A stretch of DNA of 64,000 nucleotides from Chrysomallon squamiferum (taxonomy: Eukaryota; Animalia; Mollusca). Shown piece by piece: positions 27,801 through 38,650 of this stretch. Location of the stretch: positions 12,958,001 to 13,022,000 of the forward strand of contig CM022676.1 of the NCBI GenBank assembly GCA_012295275.1, given 5' to 3'. The notes beneath the pieces are model-generated. The model saw only the letters and a program-made list of their open reading frames with translations, had not been told where the DNA came from and searched no databases. Numbering within the stretch: the first letter of the stretch is position 1; every line of letters starts with the position of its first letter. Both the position numbers and the translations under genes were made by a program.

Positions 27801-27983
27801 GTAATAATAATAATAACAATAATTATAATGATAATAGTGTATTTTAGAAAACTCTGTAAGAAATTACGGCTTTCAGAGTTTCTGAAGTTATTTCAATTTA
27901 TTTTTATCCCAAATATTTGTTGTACTTTTTATTTATTTTTTCTTTCTTTCTTTCTAGGCAATGTATATGGAAATACACTGTAA
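13803..27983 (+). CDS. Gene B: type I membrane Ig-superfamily receptor (SP - V-like Ig - 4 further Ig - FN3 - TM - ITAM tail), ~723 aa
   Basis: Exons 13803-13857, 17373-17729, 18816-19070, 22480-22758, 23224-23511, 23884-24144, 25072-25371, 25594-25761, 26079-26112, 26471-26520, 27474-27572, 27958-27983. GT-AG introns; joined CDS 2172 nt, open, provided the pseudo-V at 18303 is skipped. Confidence 0.8.
16863..16917 (+). pseudogene. Leader exon copy with dead splice donor
   Basis: MALMGYLIASVIIYRNNL followed by G|ATAAGT instead of G|GTAAGT. Confidence 0.7.
17373..17729 (+). CDS. Gene B V-like Ig exon (V2)
   Basis: 357 nt paralog of 2813-3169, intact splice sites. Confidence 0.9.
18303..18652 (+). 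pseudogene. Frameshifted V pseudo-exon
   Basis: 350 nt: 13-nt deletion after TCTV giving an early TGA, 6-nt insertion, and Cys->Tyr in PVCG relative to V1/V2. Confidence 0.85.
18816..19070 (+). CDS. Gene B Ig exon 2
   Basis: Near-identical to 3336-3596; 255 nt, phase 1. Confidence 0.9.
20559..20930 (+). mobile_element. MULE-like transposase fragment
   Basis: IRRAIRLAVLPQDKIQDAW...FGDYVVVNWIE resembles the Mutator-like C-terminal region. Confidence 0.5.
21490..21958 (-). mobile_element. Tigger/pogo-like DNA transposon 5' fragment
   Basis: MAPKKVS...MSLELKLEFIEKHE...VDLARQY (CENP-B type HTH) and a terminus-like TACCTCGAGTTACG. Confidence 0.65.
22480..22758 (+). CDS. Gene B Ig exon 3
   Basis: Paralog of 4771-5049; 279 nt, phase 1. 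Confidence 0.9.
23224..23511 (+). CDS. Gene B Ig exon 4
   Basis: PWLENTGGSLIC...GNPAAQFYW...PTKEDNGVWYKC; 288 nt, phase 1. Confidence 0.88.
23884..24144 (+). CDS. Gene B Ig exon 5
   Basis: LRCTADSNP...FEW...SDQGEYTC; 261 nt, phase 1. Confidence 0.88.
25072..25371 (+). CDS. Gene B divergent FN3 exon
   Basis: TSVDFKW...FTVE...HLKSNSSYHFKIYS (L-x-P/S-x-x-x-Y-x-F motif); 300 nt, phase 1. Confidence 0.75.
25594..25761 (+). CDS. Gene B transmembrane exon
   Basis: (GTGI)3-GIGLVVGIVLIFVDVTVILLIL-KRRG; 168 nt, phase 1. Confidence 0.85.
26079..27983 (+). CDS. Gene B cytoplasmic exons (26079-26112, 26471-26520, 27474-27572, 27958-27983)
   Basis: Splice in frame to GSDSKNQNEMQT-YQDV-SMDSVQETAVRSEHSQIPTTQ-YECL-QSRDAPA-YEKL-KVSDNRPNSGNV-YGN-TL*. 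Confidence 0.78.
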
Positions 27984-28016
27984 TTAATTCAACATCCAGA
28001 CATTACTAAGATGAAA

Positions 28017-28022
<6 letters not shown>

Positions 28023-28092
<70 letters not shown>
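28023..28092. repeat. (AG)n microsatellite
   Basis: Direct reading; abuts a promoter cassette remnant. Confidence 0.95.
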
Positions 28093-28095
<3 letters not shown>

Positions 28096-28200
28096 TGTAG
28101 TAATAACGTGATACAAGACTATTGCCTAGATGGAGTACAACTCCTGTACCCGCAAAAAATACTTTCTTGTTTCTGTCATGATTGTTTGATACTGTCTATA
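28090..28200 (+). pseudogene. Degenerate promoter+leader cassette (ATG region deleted)
   Basis: GCGCTGTAGTAATAACGTGATACAAG...CCTAGA...TGTACCCGCAA joined directly to CTTGTTTCTGTCATGATTGTT. Confidence 0.65.
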
Positions 28201-29579
28201 TTGGTAGTGTGACACCAATATAAAATCCTAGCAACTTCAGCAGAATCTTTTCAAAAATTTTGGAGTTTAACCTATTGAGTTTTTGTGTGCTGAGAATGAT
28301 AGAAAACTAGAACAGTATCTAATTCAGTACTTTGATTTCTTGTAACTTTTATTTAATTAATCTGTTGTCAAGACGATAACTTAAAGTGAAGGAACTCTTG
28401 TCTGATATATTACAACGTTTTCAAGTTAACTAGAGATTACGATTTGCCTGACCTAGAAGCATATTCTATAATTGTAACAAAACTCAAATTGTTTTTATTT
28501 TTATTTTCTCGTTGTACCATTGAATCGTATTATTGTTCTATTGTTGTTTTTGTTTGTTTTGTTTTTTGTTCGTTTTTTGTTTTGTTTTTTTTGTGCTCAT
28601 TGTTTTTTTGTTTGTTTTTTTATGCTTTTTTTTATCAATAGCTGAATGAAACAAAATATATTCTCCATTACAAAGAAAATTTCTGCGTTATGTATCTTTC
28701 CAGAATGTGTAAACGTGCATGTGAATTTAATGATTTCATATTATTATACAAACACAAACTGATAATAAGTGTTGTAAGATGATAAGAAATCAAGTGACAA
28801 ATAGAAATAATGTAATATAGTATCACGTGGCCCACACCATTAAATATCTTGTAGGTTTTATTAAGGCTCAGTCTAGGGTAACAAGGTGCTTTAATGGCCA
28901 CCTAACAAGTAATATAAACACTAAATTGACAGCAGTCTATATAAATCGATAATTATCTCTATCGACTAGAGAAATAAACACAACACAAGTTAAAGTACAA
29001 GTTAATTATTTAATTATGATATACAGGTGACTTAATAATACTACATTATATAATCGATCAAACATATTTAAATAATTTTGATTAATGATACGAATAAGGT
29101 CATATGGGGAACCAAGAATTACAATACTCGCTTGTTGTACGCCTGACTGAGTTCTCGTGTTGGACTTTTCCTTCTCTCCTTAATTACCAAGTACTAGGTT
29201 TTCTAAAACAACGCCATGGAATTCAAAAATTGGCAGCAGAAATGGAAGCCACGGATGTGATTGAACTAACAGTTAGTTACCCAATTTGAATTCCATGACA
29301 TAAAAATAAACAGGCTGATGTCGCATAAAGATAAATTTGTTATGCAAACTGAATTTTTTGACATATACCAAACTATAATTAGACTATTTATTAATATTAA
29401 AAAAATTGTTCCAGAAATATTCGAGATATGACTTTAAGTAAATCAATTAACTGTAAATTTAATTTGGCAATTGTGTTTTGTTACTTAAACGAAAGGATAT
29501 AATATAATAAAGTGGCGCTAAATAATAAATATATGAAAATTGTAAACGATTTTGTAAAATGATAACGATGTACTGATGA

Positions 29580-29875
29580 TGCAACATAATAAGTTAAGCT
29601 AGATACAGTAAGTGTATCCGGTGGAAAAATTGTTTAGACAATACACACAATGCCGCTTTTAAATATATGTACTTAGTTTTTTTCTCGCAGTAGTAATGAA
29701 ACAATGAAACAATGATACTTTAGTAAGTTCTTCTTTTCATTTCATAAACATGTGTTTACTTAATTTAATAGTTAATAATAATTGTATATAAGTGAGAAAG
29801 AAGTAGACTCTTTAAACTACAGAGAGCGCTGCAGTAATAACGTGACACAATAAGATAACGTACAAAGTACAAACC
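29580..29875 (+). pseudogene. Two further degenerate promoter/leader cassette remnants
   Basis: AATAAGTTAAGCTAGA...CACAATGCCGCT (ATG 29650, early stop) and AGAGCGCTGCAGTAATAACGTGACACAATAAG (~29823). Confidence 0.55.
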
Positions 29876-30764
29876 TTCAGTCAGTCTGTATGCTGGTCAC
29901 AGCTGATTTTGTGTTAAAACATCTTAAACGTTTGTCACTATATCATTATTTAAACTGCACAACTTATCCATAACAAGTGAGTCAGTATCCAACGTAATTG
30001 AATATTAAAATTGGAAAATACAATGTTGACTTATAACTATAACTGTAGACGTTTTTGAACTACATTGGTTGTTCGTCACAAGTCAATGAATCGTACATTA
30101 AAAACACATTTTTAACTTAAGCCTATGAAATGTGTTAAATATCAGGACGGGACGTATAAACATACATATCTATGTACATGTATCTATCTATCTGTATGTG
30201 TGTGTTTTATACACACGCACACACACACACACATTGTATTAAAAGGCTAATTACATAAAACTGTTTCATATTTCTTCGTTTCTTTTAACTTTTTTTTTTT
30301 TTTTTTTAAAAGCATCAAACGTTTTACTCAATGATGCACGCATCTCTGTACTTAAATCAATGGACTCCTCTCAACTTTCTCAGTAGATTGTTATGATTAG
30401 AGCACTGCTTAAACTGTTACGAATTTAGACCGTTGAAACCATCCCTGTGTTTCCTCTATAATACTATCCACATCCACTGGATAAATAACCCAATTTGAGT
30501 TATTTATTAATTCACAAACACATTTAGTAATAATAAGAAATAAAATAACATTTCTTTCCCAAAGTGGTTGTAACATTTGCAGACACGCAGATGCTAGTGG
30601 CTCCCTCTAAAAACACCATAGCTTATAAAAAAAAGTAGGAAATCATGGGAATTCTAGAATCTTTTATTCAGTCTGGCTTCAACTTGTATGTTCAAACTGG
30701 AGTGGCTTACTTGCCTTTATTTCAGATCTATATGAAACAATAATATTAATAATAATAATAATAA

Positions 30765-30795
<31 letters not shown>

Positions 30796-30812
30796 AAAGA
30801 AATAATAAATAA

Positions 30813-30879
<67 letters not shown>

Positions 30880-31814
30880 ATACATAAATAAATAAATAAA
30901 TAAAACCTATAACTGATAAAATAAATAAAAAATGATTTTGTACATTTACTCTTCTTGAGGTAATGCCGTGTTTGGTATCTTAGTTTTAATTAATGAATAA
31001 CTCATTTCCTTTAATTTTCACAAAGTTCCAGTTTCGAATATTGTGGTGTCCTTGAGATCCCAAGTGTTCATAAGCGTTTGTTGCGATATCAGATTTCAGT
31101 AACATTACACTGACTAACATGAGAAATATGAAATTATTCAGAAATTACACGCAATAATTTTAACTGTTTAATTGTTTAAATTAAAAGTTTCTGTGTCTTC
31201 GGACTCGACTGAAGAAAAATGACGACTGTGGAAAACGATTCTGCTTCATAATTGGTTCATTCATCTTAAACTGAAGATAGAATAGCTAACTTTAATCATT
31301 CTGATAAAAACAAGTAATTTTCCTCCTCCTCCAAAAAAAAAAATAAATAAAAAAGGATTCTAACACTTAGGTTTCTGACATAAATGAGATTATTTCGTTT
31401 TTTTTTCACTATTAGTAAGAAGGCCAAAAATGTTCATCTGTTGAGATTTCCTGAATAACTCTGTCTTGAAATCTTTGTGATTATGTCGTATCTTTTGATC
31501 CGTCTGTCATTTCGTTATTTATAATAATGTTTAAAATGTTATAAATAAATAGAAACTACCCAGAAGAAGCTACATTGGTATGAATAATTCAGTTTATTGT
31601 AAAAGACATTTGGTAATTTAGTTGTCTTATCTAAACTAATGAAATAGATAAAATGATATGCTAAGTAAGAAACAAAGTGAATTAAATATATGAAGGAAAA
31701 GCAGACACGTTTACACAGAGACAGTGCTGTAGTAATAAAATGACACATTAAGTTAACCTATATAAAGTACAACTCGTGTACCCGGAAGAAACAAGTTTAG
31801 TCACAACATTCACA

Positions 31815-31869
31815 ATGGCGCTGTTGAGATATTTACTTGTTTCTGTTTTGATTGTTAGATATTGTTTCG
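31815..31869 (+). CDS. Unit C leader exon MALLRYLLVSVLIVRYCF-G
   Basis: 55 nt, intact donor, intact upstream cassette. Confidence 0.8.
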
Positions 31870-32692
31870 GTAAGTAGTATTATTATTTTAGCTCATATTT
31901 TAAAACAAACATGTGAGATATTACAAGGAATAAGATTCATGTATAGAAAACGCAAAACCTTCATTCGGTGTCATTCAGGGTTTTGTGTTAAAATTTGACT
32001 TAAGGTTTTATCACAGTGTTTTATTTAACTCAAATTCTTCGATGAACTAAGCTAAAATACATTAATCAGTTAAAGATTTCAATAAATCTCTATTATAAAT
32101 CACTTAACTCCATACCTGTGGTAAAGCGGTGTCAGGGGCGGGGCACACAGTAAGTCATTCATTCGTTATCTAAGCTTCGTGTTAACTGCCACGAGAAATC
32201 ACAGAATACACACATTTCACAGCATCCACTGAGCCATTCACTGCGTGACTGTATCACTGACCGTTCTGTGAGGACCCCAAATCATAGAACGATTTCTTTG
32301 TAGGATTGTTTTCATAATCATGTTCCTTACTTGCATTTGTTTAATGATATCGTCTACGTAGTAAATTAAACAGAATGTTTTCTCTGTGAATGGAAGGTGT
32401 ACTGTTGACTGATATAGATATAGGAAAATAATGTTCCATGTTTTTCCCAAGAAAATTATTAGTATATGGTTACACACACACACGCACACACATACACACA
32501 CACACATAAACACACACATTCACACACACACACATACACCCTACAGCGACACACACTCACATTCACACACACAGACGCACACATATATTGTGGGACGTCA
32601 TAAGCGCGCCGACAAAACCGCGTTACTTTAATGTCAACTAATGAAACAGAGTGGTAGATCTTCCAAAATGCTGTGTGTTTGCATGTGTGTGC

Positions 32693-32725
<33 letters not shown>

Positions 32726-32749
32726 ACTGTGTGTGTGTGTTTGTGTGTG

Positions 32750-33330
32750 TGCATTAGCGGCATAAATGACAACAGTACATCGTCGTTCCATGCTTTTAAT
32801 CAGAGCATTAATCTCAGGAATAGTAATTGCGTTCTATTCCCTATTCACAGCAGTTTCCCGTACCCTACGGCCTCCATATATGACACCTACCATCTGCAAA
32901 CTGAACACAAAACCTGGATTCGTCTGTGAATAATGTCTGATCCCATTGTCTGAGTCGCCAGTGTTGATGCACTCTGGCCCACCTCAGATGTTCCTGAATG
33001 TGACGCACTAACAGAGAAACAGCTACAACAGAGCAACGTGATTCTAACCCAGCATCATGGAGAAGGTTACGGACTGTTTGAGCATGGATTCTAGTGCCTG
33101 TGGTTTGTTGCAAAGTTCGGGCTAAACGTGAAGCACTTTCACACCTGTCTTCCCTTGAAGCAGTTAATCGTGGACTCACATCACGTGGTCGATCTCCACT
33201 TGCCGAGTTTGGTGTACACGTTGTCAGAGTCTGATATGGTACTGTCATTAACACGAAAGTACTGAGCGACGTCGTGTACGCGTTGGCCGGCGTTAAGCCG
33301 TCCCATTGTTTCATGACGTTGAATTTGACG
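32750..33330 (-). mobile_element. Tc1-like transposase fragment
   Basis: QTVRNLLHDAGL...RWARVHQHW...LFTDESRF...DGR. Confidence 0.8.
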
Positions 33331-34052
33331 TCAGGCCTGAATGGCGACCCATTATAACAGGATAAACTCTTCCTTTAGTTCTTGGATAATGTTGGTTCAG
33401 TACATCAAAACGTGCAGTACACATAGCGGCGTCCGTTATGACAAATGGTGTTCTTTTCATTACTCAAAGCAGTAGGGTATGCAACCAACATATTACCAAG
33501 TTTCATTACTTTATTTTAATTTATTTGGAAGCAACAGTCATTTAGAAAAAATTGATAAACTTTGTTTGTTATGTAAATTGCCCCACGAGTGTTCGGAACG
33601 TTGCTTTGGCTCTCGCAAACTTGGGTATTTTTTTTAAATTTCTGAATGTCCAGCATTAACACGTGTTGTGACATTTTCCATGTGATGGTTCTGTAAGTTG
33701 ATAGACAGTGAGCTGTACAAATCCAACAACACCTTCAAACACTCTGTCCCTCCACAGAGTTGTTTTCTCCTCTTGCACTGAGTTGTGGTAAATCTTTTCG
33801 AAATCACAGAAGTCGGCTGCAGGTTTTCTTTCAATGCATAAATAGTACAATGTTTTATGAAAGATAATTAAAACCGTTACTTCACAAGACTATGAATAGT
33901 TTGATAATTATGTACTCTGAATCATTAAACAATTCAAAGTTGCAGCGAACTGACTGGTAATCTCCCCTTAAACTACACTTATTAAAGCAAGATTGGCGGT
34001 AACACTGATCTAGTAACATGTCATTTGAATTATAATAATTCTGACAGATAAC

Positions 34053-34110
<58 letters not shown>

Positions 34111-34177
34111 TATTATAAACAATAAGAAAAAACATTGTTTAATTTTCATCAAATTTCTATTTGTTTTTCTTTTGCAG

Positions 34178-34534
34178 GTGTATCACTGAAGATGTCTGGT
34201 TCTTTGTCTTATGCAGTGTTGAATGAGAAATTTTCATTTACTTGTTCTGTGTCTCAGGCTGATGGTCTTAGTGACTCAGTAAAATTTTATAAACTGATTG
34301 AAAGTAAAGCAGAACTGAAAGGTTCTCTCTATCAGAATGATGATACTTGTTCTTTATTCGGTCGTGCTTCTGGCTACACTCCAGTGTGTGGAGAAGGGAC
34401 AGACGCTGGATCATCAAGTGTAAAGAACTACACGCTGACCATAAACACAACTTCAGCTGATGATGAAGCACTCTGGTGGTGTCAACTGAAAACAGCTTTA
34501 AACAAGAGCAACAATTTTACTTTACCTGTTTACT
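34178..34534 (+). CDS. Unit C V-like Ig exon (V3); the following Ig2 exon is absent
   Basis: Intact 357-nt exon; the downstream intron matches gene A up to the Ig2 acceptor (34755) and then diverges. Confidence 0.85.
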
Positions 34535-34631
34535 GTAAGTAATTATCATATTATCTAAAACATTCTTGGATTTTCATCCTTTTCAAAATGCAGTATAACA
34601 CAAAATGTACCTGACTCAATCAAATTAAAAA

Positions 34632-34666
<35 letters not shown>

Positions 34667-36686
34667 AGTCTGTGCAGAATATCAAGTAAAATTACATTTC
34701 CATACGTTTACGTAGATAATGTGTAAAAAAGAATATTTTAATTTTATTATTTTAGATGTTAAATTCAGTTGTCTTGAAAGTGGAGATAAACTAAAAAATT
34801 ACAAGTAAAGAAAAATCACAGAAACAAGTAACTGTTGTAAGGTTATTGTCACATAGACTGATAATCTTGTCTTTGTTTATCACAAAACCCGGATATCTAT
34901 GAAACAATCTTAATTAGATACATTTCTTTTTGCGATTACTAACTAAATATATTATATTAATCTACTATTTTCTACATATATGAACTCTTGAAATTATCTA
35001 TGTTCTATGTATAAAGACAGAAAAGATAAAATAACGACAAATATTAAATAAATATATACTAGTAACTATGATCAGTAAATAATGTGTTTTTAACTGCAGA
35101 TATATGCAAATAATTAAACTTCATGTTCGTATATTCGAATTACCCTTTGATAGAAAAATACACGATGACGAACATTTCAATGCAGTATTTGAATTTTAAA
35201 CTTAAATTAATTATCAAGATATGAGAGTTTGGTGCGACAAACTAACACAGCTTTGAAGTTGGTCCGCTCATGTATACAGGTTAAGAGTTTCAGACTGGGT
35301 TGAAAAAAATTCCGGTTATATACGACAGCGGTTTCATTTATCATGCGAGAGAATTTATTTATTTATTAAATTATTTATTTAGATGTTTTTTTTTTTTTGT
35401 TTTTTTTTCGATATCTTCATAAGACAGTGTAACGTGTCATTAACGGCGTATTTTAATACATATAAACTTAAATTTACATTAACATAATAACTTAATTCTC
35501 CCGTGACAGATTATGTCTTTAATTATTTTAATCAAAACCGTAAATAATTCACTTGCGTTTATTATATTTTATATTAATGCAATATATATATATATAAACA
35601 CATTTGTAAAGCAAAAGATATCTTAAAACTAACATTATCTTCACACAGTAGAATGCCTGGACAACAAGATTACTGAAACTGGAAGATCGATTTAGATTTT
35701 AACTATTTAATTTAGAAAAGAATTAAAGATATTGCAAAGCAAGAACAAATGTCTTCGAAGCTATCAGATGATCCTAATTTTATGATATTTGTGCTTGAGT
35801 AAGTATGTGTGTATTACAAGTTTTTATAGTAACATGTATTTTATACATTAGTAGACAGAATATAAACATCAGTTAACTTACTGTCGCATTAAAACAGAAT
35901 AAATTTTACACCCCTGATCTGTGAGACTTAATGGCGGCGTTCACGTACTTTTTAATTTCTCCCATAACTGCTGATGCTGTTTCATGTACTATATTTTTTT
36001 CTTTCTCTGTTCATCTCTTTATGTTATCAGTTTGAAAGGAGATATGCAATATTAATAATTAGTTTAAATTTCTCTCTTTTACTGTTTTCATAAAGTCAGC
36101 GTTTTTATTTTGTATATAACGGAACGGCAAAGTAAGCAACATAAATATATTTGTCTGTTTATGAATCATAATAATAACCAATTGTACAAGCTGATCATTA
36201 TTATTTTAATTATGTGATCAAACAAAAAATCAATCAATAAATAAGTCAATAAATTAAAAAGATTTTTAAAAAATCAGTTCAAATCAAGTAAATTAAACAT
36301 AAATAAATAAATAAAACAAAATAAAATAAAATATAATACGTTATATACTGTAATAATTAAGTAGCATTCAGATTTATTTATATGTTTTTTTGTGTGTGTG
36401 CGTGTATGTGTGGGTGGGTGAGTGAATGTTGTATCCATAATCCACATATATTACTGTACAAATTCGTATAAAAGAGATGCATACTAATAAATTGTGAACT
36501 AAACAAGCCTAAATTAAAATGTAAACGGATTAAAGGAAACTATCGATGCACATAAATACACAGAAAGATTATTTTGGTAGATTAACTTTTATTTTCGAAC
36601 CATGCTTTCTTTCTGTTTTTCTTCTTCTTCTTCTTTTAGCTATTATTATTATGTCTATTATCATTATTATTATTATTATTATTATT

Positions 36687-36719
<33 letters not shown>

Positions 36720-38204
36720 ATATTATCATTGTTGCTGTCGTTGTAAAAACAAAGGTTAAGAAAATGTACTTCCTGTAAAGCGGTATACAAGGGAATGTTA
36801 GGTTGTGCTGCTCGAATGAATATTCTCTAAAATATTCGCTCAAGAAATTACACAAAAACAACTCTTAAACCATCCATTCCAAATCTGATCACATTCTTCA
36901 CCGATCTGTATACATACTTTCTCTTTTTCTCTAATTCAGATTGTGTAAACAGTGTTGCTTTGTACTTGTTATATTACTTTATTATTATTATTAATTTTAT
37001 ATTTATTTATTATTTACTTACTTACTTTATAACCAAGCAGATATATCAGTTATGCTCAGCACAAGACTATATTGGTGTCCTACCTCAACTTGACTAAGAA
37101 AACATAAAAATTCAGTAAGTCCTGAATGTGACGCGAGTTTGAACATTTATCCAGATTTGTTTCGTTTTCTTCTTTTTCTTGTTATTGTTGTTGTTCTACT
37201 TCTTCTTCAACAAGTTTAGTTACAAAATACACAATAACGGTAGTAGGATACTTACTTGTTTCTGTCATGATTGTTAGATACAGTCTGGATAAGTTATTGA
37301 AAGTGTTAGATTAGTACATCAATATATAATCGTAGACCTGGTTTTCCTGCCCTGTAAAGGAGATATTTACATATAATTTCTTCGTCCATACGGGACTTTA
37401 GACCTGTAAACAGAAGCTCCCGTCTTTCTTTTCAAATTTTAAAACTTCTGTAAAGTCCGTCGTCCATAGCTCAGTTCATGCTCAGCCCTTGTGTAACAAT
37501 GTGGTGTTACCAGCCATTCTAAGTTTCGCGTTTTATGTCAAACTTATGTCACTTACAACAGTGAAACATTCTCACTTCTACACTATGTATGAAGCTAAGT
37601 AATGGTGTAGCGTCTGTAATGTGTTTGTTCACTCTTGTTACACTGTGTGTCTAACCATGCCGGGTCGGGTTGGTTGTCTACACTGGGCGTGGCTGACGCG
37701 AACCTGTTAGTACCGTAGTTCTTATAACTGATTCATTTCGGATATGTATATAAACGTTCATCCATCCACCCATCCATCCATACATACATTTATACATAGA
37801 TTAATTATACATAGCAGTTTGAGACTTCGTTTTTTTTTAATTTTGATGAAAACTCGGACAAACAATTCAATGATTCATTTCAGTCCAAGAATACATGTCC
37901 TGAAATATACTGTTAAGATCAAAAAGGTAAAAGACAGCAGAGAATTTAAACCGTAATGTGAACAAAACTACTGAGTTGTAATTAACAGCAGGACATCTGT
38001 CATATTTATATACCTTTACCTAGCCAGAAAAGCATACACCATTGTCTGTGATAAACCAGTGAGATACTAGCAGCTGCAATGCCGCACTGAGTAGAGTTGA
38101 TTTTGTTATCGATAATACCTCAGCTCTGCACTTCAATCAGTGGACTCCTTTCTACCTTCACACGGGGCACTGCTTTACGTGTTACGAACCTCGACCGTTG
38201 AAAT

Positions 38205-38650
38205 AAATGTATGTTTGGCAACACAGATACTTTTTATTTTTTTTTAATGAAGTTGTGCTCTGGTATCATGTGTCATTATTCAGTAATTCTATTCGTAATA
38301 TCACAAATAACATTTTATGAAAATAAGAACAACAACAATTAAAAATAATAATAACAGTTATGATCAATAAATAAACCGTTGAAAACTTCCTTGCATCATC
38401 GTTTTATCGCTATGTAAGATATCTTGAAACAAGAGTTCTTCCTCTTAATCCGCAGAAATAGTCTTTTGAAAATCATCATTTAGAAAGAAATGTATGTTTG
38501 GCACCTAATTACTTTTTTTTTCTTTTTAATAAAGTTGTGCTCTGGTATCATGTGTCATTAATCAGTAATTCTATTCGTAATGTCAGACATGACATTTTAT
38601 GAAAATAAGAACAACAACAATTAAAAATAATAATAACAATTATGATAAAT
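38205..38650. repeat. Local direct duplication of ~150 bp
   Basis: AATGTATGTTTGGCA...AAGTTGTGCTCTGGTATCATGTGTCATT...AATAAGAACAACAACAATT at ~38206 and ~38489. Confidence 0.8.
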
